A stretch of DNA of 64,000 nt from assembly GCA_965231095.1 (NCBI GenBank), contig OZ246416.1:185228-249227 (forward strand), read 5' to 3'. This DNA is from an uncultured Gammaproteobacteria bacterium. Its GTDB lineage: Bacteria; Patescibacteriota; Patescibacteriia; XYB2-FULL-38-15. Positions 57,379 through 64,000 of the stretch are shown in pieces; the first letter of the stretch is position 1; each line of letters opens with the position of its first letter. A model generated the notes under the pieces. It searched no databases, was not told the origin of the DNA, and saw only the letters and a list, made by a program, of their open reading frames with translations. A program made the translations under genes and the position numbers.

Positions 57379-58635
57379 ATGAACTTATCCTTTTTAAAAA
57401 CTCCGATCAATATCGCCACAAGTGCGCTTTTCCGGCATAAGCTTCGGGCGGTTTTGACGATCTTGGGAATCACAGTTGGCATCACCTCCGTGATTGTCGT
57501 ACTTTCGGCCGGCCGGGCGATTGAAGATTTTATTGTTGGACAGGTGACAATGTTTGGAACAGATTATATAAACGTTGAAGTTAAAATTCCCTCAACCGCG
57601 CACGTTTCAAGCGAAAATATTTCCGGCATGAGCCAAGGAGTTACGGTGACAACCCTGAAGGAAAAAGACGCACAAGAATTAAAAGAACTCCCCAACGTCC
57701 GCGATGTTTATTCCGGCCAAACCGGCCAGGCGGTTTTTTCTTATAAAGATCAAAATAAAGTTGTTTTAATTTTTGGCGTGACCGCTTCTTTTGACGAGAT
57801 TGATTCCGGGGAGGTGGGCGAGGGAAGATTTTTTTCTGACGCGGAAGATAAAAGCTTAGCGCGCGTTGTGGTTTTAGGAAGTAATCTTAAGAAAAAACTT
57901 TTTGGTGAAGAAGAAGCGATTGGGAAAATGGTGAAAGTTAAAAAACAAAATTATCGGGTGATTGGGGTGATGCGGGAGAGGGGGAGCGCCGGGATTTTTT
58001 CCATGGATGATATCGCCATCCTGCCGCTTCGGACTTTGCAAAAATTAATCTTGGGAGTTGATTACGTTCAATTTATTTATGTTCAAGTGGAAGATACGTC
58101 TTTAAGTGATGTGACGGTTTTAGATATTACTTCAAGGATGCGTGAATTGCACGAGATAGATGATCCCAAAAAAGATGATTTTGCCGTGATGTCGGCGGCC
58201 GAAGGGCTGGCGTTGCTCGGCACGATCAGCGGCGCGATAAAAATTTTACTTTTTGCTCTGGCCAGCATTTCGCTTGTCGTGGGCGGCGTGGGGATTATGA
58301 ATGTGATGTATGTCGCCGTGGCCGAGAGGACTTTTGAGATCGGATTGCGAAAAGCGATTGGCGCCAAGCGCAAAGATATCTTAAGCCAATTTTTGGCCGA
58401 AGCCGTGGCCATAACTTTTTTGGGTGGAATTGCCGGGACAATTTTGGGAACATTGATTTCTTTTTTAGTAAGTATTATTGCGAACTCATTGGGCTTCGCT
58501 TGGAAGTTTCATTTGTCGCCGCAATATATTATGCTTGCGGTCGGCGCTTCGGTTTTAGTCGGCCTGATTTCCGGAATTTATCCGGCCAGGGCCGCCTCGC
58601 GCCTCGAGCCGATAGTGGCTTTAAAAAGAGAGTAA
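57379..58635 (+). CDS. MacB-type ABC permease (second paralog)
   Basis: ISLVVGGVGIMNVM, ERTFEIGLRKAIGA. Confidence 0.93.
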   Translation: MNLSFLKTPINIATSALFRHKLRAVLTILGITVGITSVIVVLSAGRAIEDFIVGQVTMFGTDYINVEVKIPSTAHVSSENISGMSQGVTVTTLKEKDAQELKELPNVRDVYSGQTGQAVFSYKDQNKVVLIFGVTASFDEIDSGEVGEGRFFSDAEDKSLARVVVLGSNLKKKLFGEEEAIGKMVKVKKQNYRVIGVMRERGSAGIFSMDDIAILPLRTLQKLILGVDYVQFIYVQVEDTSLSDVTVLDITSRMRELHEIDDPKKDDFAVMSAAEGLALLGTISGAIKILLFALASISLVVGGVGIMNVMYVAVAERTFEIGLRKAIGAKRKDILSQFLAEAVAITFLGGIAGTILGTLISFLVSIIANSLGFAWKFHLSPQYIMLAVGASVLVGLISGIYPARAASRLEPIVALKRE

Positions 58636-58656
58636 TTAATCTTAAATATTTTGACT

Positions 58657-58971
58657 ATGAAAAATCAAAAAGTTTGGTTGTGGTCGGCGGCGAACGCTAT
58701 TGGAGTTTTTGCTTATGTGATGCTCGTGGTTTTGGTAATGTCGAACGCCGAGAGAATTTTTGGCGCAGATGGAAAATTTTGGGGACCAGTCTCATTTCTC
58801 TTGCTTTTCGTTTTTTCCGCGCTCGTCTGTGGACTTTTAGTTTTTGGCCGGCCAATTTATCTTTGGTTTGATAATGCAAAAAAAGAAGCCGTGAAAATGC
58901 TTCTCTTTACCGTAGCAAATTTGTTTGTGATACTTTTGCTTGCGTTGCTGGTGAATATTTTGGTTAGGTAG
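58657..58971 (+). CDS. Small membrane protein
   Basis: 3 TM, FLLLFVFSA. Confidence 0.65.
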   Translation: MKNQKVWLWSAANAIGVFAYVMLVVLVMSNAERIFGADGKFWGPVSFLLLFVFSALVCGLLVFGRPIYLWFDNAKKEAVKMLLFTVANLFVILLLALLVNILVR

Positions 58972-58987
58972 AACCATGTTTAATTTT

Positions 58988-59016
58988 AAAAAACGGGCTT
59001 TAGCGGCCCGTTTTTT
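58988..59016. terminator. Bidirectional terminator
   Basis: aaaaaacgggc-tttagcg-gcccgtttttt between convergent genes. Confidence 0.75.
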
Positions 59017-59656
59017 ATTTTTTAAGATTTAGTTTTTGGGCAGGGATAGCGCCGGAGCGGAGGACGGTCGGCGGTGAGGTGGTGCAATCCAAAATAGTTG
59101 ATTCCATGCCAAGTTTAGTTTTTCCGCCGTCTAAAATCAGATCAATTTTATTGTTCAGATATTTTTTGACGGCGCGCGTAGTGGTTGGACTTTTTTTGCC
59201 CGAGATGTTTGCGGAGGTTGCGGCGAGCGGCCGGCCGAGCGCCCGAATGATCGCGAGGGCCACGGAGTTTGCTGGCACGCGAACGCCGACGGAATTTTTT
59301 TCGGCGGTAACCGCGTCGGAGATTATTTTTTTCTTCTTGAGTATGATTGTTAGCGGTCCTGGCCAAAATTTATTGGTTAGTTTTTTGATGACCCGACTTT
59401 CTTCGGGATTCCGTGATTTAGTGAATTTTAGTAAATCATTTTTCCCCGCGATTAAAATTGGCAGGGGACTTGTGGTCGGACGGTTTTTAACTTTATAAAT
59501 TTTTTTTACGGCGCGGGGATTTGTCGCGTCGGCTCCCAAGCCATAAACCGTGTCGGTGGGAAAGGCAATCAAACCGCCGCGACGGAGAATTGAAACCGCC
59601 CGATTTATTTTAGCGGGTTCGGGGTTGCGTGAGCTTATTTTAATAATTAAAGTCAT
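59015..59656 (-). CDS. tsaC: L-threonylcarbamoyladenylate synthase (TsaC/Sua5)
   Basis: FPTDTVYGLG, K.R, FWPGPLT, TSANISG, STI. Confidence 0.92.
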   Translation of the reverse strand: MTLIIKISSRNPEPAKINRAVSILRRGGLIAFPTDTVYGLGADATNPRAVKKIYKVKNRPTTSPLPILIAGKNDLLKFTKSRNPEESRVIKKLTNKFWPGPLTIILKKKKIISDAVTAEKNSVGVRVPANSVALAIIRALGRPLAATSANISGKKSPTTTRAVKKYLNNKIDLILDGGKTKLGMESTILDCTTSPPTVLRSGAIPAQKLNLKK

Positions 59657-59657
59657 T

Positions 59658-61349
59658 TTATAAATAAGCGTACAACACGTATCTCCTCATCATCCGGTGC
59701 GTATTGAAATAATAAGCTAGTTTGCTGATGGAATTTTCCATCATATTCATCCATTCATCGCGGCGGTCGTAATAGGTCGGTAATATCGTGTATTCAAGTT
59801 TATTATATAAATCATCTAATTCTCTTTTTTCTGAGGTGGCCGGATTTATTTTTTCATCCGGCCCGGGACCGATTGACCAGCCCGTCACGCCCTCCACGAA
59901 TCCCTCCAACCACCAACCGTCTAAAACGGAAAAATTCAAAACTCCGTTATGCGCCGCCTTCATTCCCGAAGTTCCCGACGCTTCCATTGGCCGCTCCGGA
60001 GTGTTCAACCAAACGTCGCATCCGGAAGTTAATTTTTTTGTCATTTCAATATCGTAGTTTGGCAAATAAACTATTTTTATTTTTCCTTTTAATTTTTTAA
60101 TATTTTGAAAAACCTCTCTGATTATTTTTTTTCCGCCAAGATCTCGCGGGTGAGCTTTGCCGGCATAAATTATCTGTAAAGGAAATTTTTTAGCAATTTC
60201 TTTAAGCCGCGGAAGATTTTTAAAAATAAGATTGTGCCGCTTGTAAGATGTGGCGCGGCGGGCAAAACCAATAGTCAAAACATCTTTTTTCATGCCAACG
60301 CCGGTCGAACGATTCACATAGTCAATCAATTCTTTTTTTGCCTTTTCCCTCGCCTTCCAAATTTCTTCGTTGGGAATTATCGGCGCGCGGATAAAAAGTT
60401 CTGGTTCGGATTTCCAGCCCGCCAAATATTTATCATAAAGTTTTTGAAAAGCGGGATGGGTCCAGGTATAAGAATGAACGCCGTTTGTGATGGCATGAAT
60501 CTCATAACCCGGAAACATTTTCTCAGAAATTTCTTTATGTTTTTTCGCCACACCGTTTACGTAAGCGCTTAAATTAAAAGCGAGGCGCGTCATATTTAAA
60601 TTTTTTTTGCCGCAAAGTTTCCGGAGAAGTTCGGGGGCGACCTGCGCTTCCATCTGTTCTTCCGCAAGCGCGTAATCAAAATGATCGTGTCCGGCGGCGA
60701 CCGGCGTGTGAGTTGTGAAAACGCATTGTTTTTTTGTTTTTTCCAAATCAAAATTATTAATCCGTAAAAGTTCCAAAGTTAAAAACGCGGCATGGCCTTC
60801 GTTCATGTGGTATTTTTTGACATCAACGCCGAGCGATTTTAGGATGCGCGTTCCGCCGATGCCTAAAACCATTTCCTGTTTCAGGCGATATTTTGAATCG
60901 CCGCCGTAAAGAAAATAAGAAATTTGCCGGTCTTTCAAAATATTTTCCGGGAGGTCGGTATCAAGAAAAATGACGTGGGCTTTTGCTCCGGTCGCGCCGC
61001 GCACCGTATAGAGCCAGGGTTTAATCACAACTCGCCGGCCATGGATATGGACTTCGGTCGTCGCGGGCAGGGGAGTCAAATATTTTTTTGGATTCCATTT
61101 TACCGGATGTTCAATTTGCCGGCCATCGCGGGTCAATTCCTGCGTGAAATATCCTTTATGATTTAAAAGCGTGACGGCGATAAAAGGAATTTCCAAGTCC
61201 GCCGCGGATTTTGTCGCATCTCCCGCTAAAATTCCCAGGCCGCCGCTATAGGTCGGAATTTCTTCGCGAAGCCCGATTTCCATCGTAAAATAAGCGATCT
61301 TCGGTTCGTTTGTCAAATTTTTTAATTCAGAAATTTTTTTGGTTTGCAT
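59658..61349 (-). CDS. glgP: Alpha-glucan phosphorylase
   Basis: YSGGLGILAGD, HMNEGH, ARR...YKR, EASGTSGMK PLP motif. Confidence 0.93.
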   Translation of the reverse strand: MQTKKISELKNLTNEPKIAYFTMEIGLREEIPTYSGGLGILAGDATKSAADLEIPFIAVTLLNHKGYFTQELTRDGRQIEHPVKWNPKKYLTPLPATTEVHIHGRRVVIKPWLYTVRGATGAKAHVIFLDTDLPENILKDRQISYFLYGGDSKYRLKQEMVLGIGGTRILKSLGVDVKKYHMNEGHAAFLTLELLRINNFDLEKTKKQCVFTTHTPVAAGHDHFDYALAEEQMEAQVAPELLRKLCGKKNLNMTRLAFNLSAYVNGVAKKHKEISEKMFPGYEIHAITNGVHSYTWTHPAFQKLYDKYLAGWKSEPELFIRAPIIPNEEIWKAREKAKKELIDYVNRSTGVGMKKDVLTIGFARRATSYKRHNLIFKNLPRLKEIAKKFPLQIIYAGKAHPRDLGGKKIIREVFQNIKKLKGKIKIVYLPNYDIEMTKKLTSGCDVWLNTPERPMEASGTSGMKAAHNGVLNFSVLDGWWLEGFVEGVTGWSIGPGPDEKINPATSEKRELDDLYNKLEYTILPTYYDRRDEWMNMMENSISKLAYYFNTHRMMRRYVLYAYL

Positions 61350-61511
61350 ACCTTTACTTTAAACTGATTTTAAACTACAATATTAGAGCGAATGATTTGA
61401 TAATTGTAGCATAAATCTGTGGGCAAGGCGACTGATTTCTGGATTTTCTAAAATAAAAAAAGCCCCGGGTCAAATTGATTGACTCGAGGCGGTGGCGTGT
61501 CGACGCCAGGA

Positions 61512-61760
61512 CTAGTACATGGATCGCAGGTCTCGCAGAGCGCTGTCCATGGGAGCGTGTCCTTTGCACCAGCAGTTGTGACAGTCGCCGCGCTCCTTGT
61601 GGGCGAGTGCCTTCCGGACGAGTTCCGGCCAGTAGGGGCCGGAGTTCAAGACAACGGTCTCGCCATTCCGCCTTTCCAGCTTGATCTCGCCGTTCTTGAT
61701 CGCTCGGTAGATTGCAGCGAACTTCTTGCACTGGTTCGGATTCTGACGTTTGCCTGCCAT
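61512..61760 (-). CDS. 82-aa hypothetical protein with a CHNCWCKGH motif
   Basis: ATG 61760 preceded by AAGGAGG; promoter-like TTGACA upstream on the minus strand. Confidence 0.55.
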   Translation of the reverse strand: MAGKRQNPNQCKKFAAIYRAIKNGEIKLERRNGETVVLNSGPYWPELVRKALAHKERGDCHNCWCKGHAPMDSALRDLRSMY

Positions 61761-61845
61761 GCTGTCCTCCTTCTGTGGCAGAAATTGTCCGCGTGATAAA
61801 ATCATATTGTAATATTTAATGTTTTTTGTCAAGCCATAATTTAAT

Positions 61846-63639
61846 ATGCCCGATTCGCAAGTTGAAGAAATAAAAAACCGCCTGGACATTGTGGAAGTCG
61901 TCGGTGAATATGTGTCAAACATGAAACAGGCCGGCGGTAATTGGAAGGGGCTTTGTCCGTTTCATAATGAGAAGACGCCTTCTTTTATGGTTTCCAAGGA
62001 CAAGCAGATTTGGCATTGTTTCGGCTGCGGCGAGGGAGGTGATGTAATAAGTTTTGTCCAAAAAGTTGAAAATATTGAATTTCCCGAAGCGCTTAAAATT
62101 CTGGCCAAGCGAGCTGGCGTGACGTTGCGTTACGAAGATAAAAGTTTATCAAATCAAAAAACAAAATTGCTTGACGTCCTGGAAGCGGCGGCAAGATTTT
62201 ATCATTACAATTTGTTGAAAATGCCCGAGGCCGAAGAAGCGAGAAAATATATTTTTATAAAACGTGCTCTGACAGAGGAAACAGTGGAAAAATTTTTTCT
62301 TGGCTTCGCGCCGAATTCTTGGGACGCGGCCATAAAATTTTTGCGCGGAAAAGGATTTTCGGAAAAAGATATTTTCTTGGCCGGGCTTTCCGTTAAGAAA
62401 GAACGGGGCGCGGGATATTACGATCGTTTCCGAGAAAGAATTATGTTTCCCATCCGCGACATTCACGGTCACGTAGTCGGATTTACGGCGCGCTTGATGC
62501 CCGAGGCGGAAAAAAAAGAAAACGCCGGAGGAAAATATGTAAACACGCCGCAAACTTTGGTGTACGATAAGAGTCGCGTGATTTTTGGGCTTGATTTTGC
62601 CAAGCAAGAAATTAAAAAAGAAAATTTAGCGGTGATGGTTGAGGGAAATATGGATGTGATCGCCTCGCATCAGGCCGGCGTGGGAAATGTTGTGGCCTCC
62701 TCGGGCACGGCTGTGACCCTGGAGCAAGTGAATTTGTTGAAAAGATATTCGCCGAATTTGGCAATCTCTTTTGACGCGGATTTGGCGGGCAATACGGCGG
62801 CGATGAGAGGGATAGATGTTGCCTTAAAAGAGGGGATTAATATTAAAGTTATAATGCTCTCGCCCGAAATTGGAAAAGATCCGGATGATTATATTAAGAA
62901 AGATCCGGCGCTATGGCGCGAGGTGATCTCAAACGCCATGGCTTTCATGGATTATTACATTAAAAAAACTTTGGACGGGCTTGATTTACGAAAAGTGGAA
63001 GACAAGAAAAAAGCGGCAAAAACTTTATTGGCGCAAGTTATAAAAATTCCGGATAAAGTTGAACAAACTTTTTATCTTGAAAAATTGGGAAATATTTTGG
63101 GAGTGCCGGAGCAGGTTTTGCGAGAATCTTTGCCGCACGAAAAAGCGGCGGCCGGTTTGGCGGCGCCTGATAAAAAAAATGTCGCCACTGCGGCAAAAAA
63201 TCGCCTTTCGCTTATTGCCGAAAGATTGATCGCCCTGGTTTTTAAGTATCCTAATCAACTGTCTCTGGCCATTCCATATCTTGAGCCATTTATGTTTCCC
63301 GACCGGCTGTCGGCGGAAATTTACAAGAACTTAATTTTATATTATAATAAGTCTGTGGATAAAGGGGATTTGGAGAGCGCAATGACGGCGGTTTCCGAGG
63401 ATCCTAATGAAAAAAAATACGTCGCGAGCCTATTTCTTCTGGCGGAAAAAGATTTTTCCGATTTTAGCGAGGAAGAAATCGGAAATGAAATTTTACAGAA
63501 CGCAAAATCTCTGCGCGAGGACTATATTAAAAATGAACAAAGACGGCTGCAAGCTGAAATGAAAAAGGCGGAAGAAAATAAAGAGATTGGGCGGATAAAA
63601 GAATTGGCTGAAGAATTTAATAAGTTGATAAACATTTAA
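61846..63639 (+). CDS. dnaG: DNA primase
   Basis: CPFH.EKTPSF, HCFGC zinc finger, KYVNTP, EG.MDV, TOPRIM FDAD.AG, KDPD. Confidence 0.96.
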   Translation: MPDSQVEEIKNRLDIVEVVGEYVSNMKQAGGNWKGLCPFHNEKTPSFMVSKDKQIWHCFGCGEGGDVISFVQKVENIEFPEALKILAKRAGVTLRYEDKSLSNQKTKLLDVLEAAARFYHYNLLKMPEAEEARKYIFIKRALTEETVEKFFLGFAPNSWDAAIKFLRGKGFSEKDIFLAGLSVKKERGAGYYDRFRERIMFPIRDIHGHVVGFTARLMPEAEKKENAGGKYVNTPQTLVYDKSRVIFGLDFAKQEIKKENLAVMVEGNMDVIASHQAGVGNVVASSGTAVTLEQVNLLKRYSPNLAISFDADLAGNTAAMRGIDVALKEGINIKVIMLSPEIGKDPDDYIKKDPALWREVISNAMAFMDYYIKKTLDGLDLRKVEDKKKAAKTLLAQVIKIPDKVEQTFYLEKLGNILGVPEQVLRESLPHEKAAAGLAAPDKKNVATAAKNRLSLIAERLIALVFKYPNQLSLAIPYLEPFMFPDRLSAEIYKNLILYYNKSVDKGDLESAMTAVSEDPNEKKYVASLFLLAEKDFSDFSEEEIGNEILQNAKSLREDYIKNEQRRLQAEMKKAEENKEIGRIKELAEEFNKLINI

Positions 63640-63659
63640 TTAATTTTAAAAATTTAATT

Positions 63660-64000
63660 ATGCAACGAGTGTGGAAAATTATTATCGCCATGGTTATTAC
63701 AGCGGTCGTCGTGGGCGGCGGGGTTTATTTGTGGCAAAAACAAACTCAGATTTCTTCCGAGGAAGAACGGCTGAAGACCGTAACAGATACCAGCGTGGGA
63801 TACACTGTCAAATATCCGGCGGCATGGTTTAAAGTTGAGAGAGATAATGGCTTTGATGTAAATCCTGGCGTTGGCGGATTTGGTTTTACGTTGCGATATT
63901 ATGATGCATCGACAAATTTAAAAGAAGAGTTAATCAGTAAAATTGGATACCAGGCCGGAACGGAACGGTCTGAATCACGGGAAAATATAAAAGTAAACGG
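63660..64000 (+). CDS. Membrane-anchored hypothetical protein (truncated by the window end)
   Basis: MQRVWKIIIAMVITAVVVGGGVYLWQK...GYTVKYP..W, open to the end. Confidence 0.65.
   Translation, partial: MQRVWKIIIAMVITAVVVGGGVYLWQKQTQISSEEERLKTVTDTSVGYTVKYPAAWFKVERDNGFDVNPGVGGFGFTLRYYDASTNLKEELISKIGYQAGTERSESRENIKVN

Noticed and set aside
1-64000. Alternative genetic code (TGA recoding as in Gracilibacteria/Absconditabacteria)
   Set aside because: Long genes are intact under code 11, and TGA ends several complete genes (for example 4737 and 45235)

Overview
The window has two compositionally different parts. About 1-39.7 kb is a probable prophage or phage-derived island. About 39.7-64 kb is ordinary chromosome. 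The host looks like a Patescibacteria/CPR (Parcubacteria-like) bacterium; this is inferred from A/T-rich leaders without Shine-Dalgarno sequences and from gene content. Left cargo (0.4-19.6 kb): two paralogous secreted proteins around a Cys-containing secreted protein, an excisionase-type HTH and mltG. Next is a four-gene cassette: OmpR-type regulator, an unannotated 37-aa peptide ending GVPWADK, a multi-TM histidine kinase and a ComQ-like isoprenyl transferase. This resembles a prenylated-peptide (ComQXPA-like) signalling system on a mobile element and is the top candidate for a new system. It is followed by a defence operon (Fic, NucS-like nuclease, type III R-M, N4-C MTase-HerA-NurA, Cas4-like nuclease). 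From 20.1 to 39.5 kb lie a podovirus-type virion module, a lysis cassette, a tyrosine recombinase and an HTH; no terminase or replication genes are in the window. Non-coding DNA of the element is unusually structured: candidate RNAs before the portal and integrase with 10-nt loop-target complementarity, a GGTCGA motif 26-43 nt upstream of nine start codons, and three promoters with the same DnaA-box-like plus tandem-TGACA layout. Host part: secD (two parvulin inserts), secF, a CsoR/CopA copper and thiol-redox cluster, lgt, tRNA-Ser(GGA) with a duplicated 3' end, a MacAB-like ABC system, tsaC, glgP and dnaG. All calls come from reading motifs by eye; no searches or folding programs were run.
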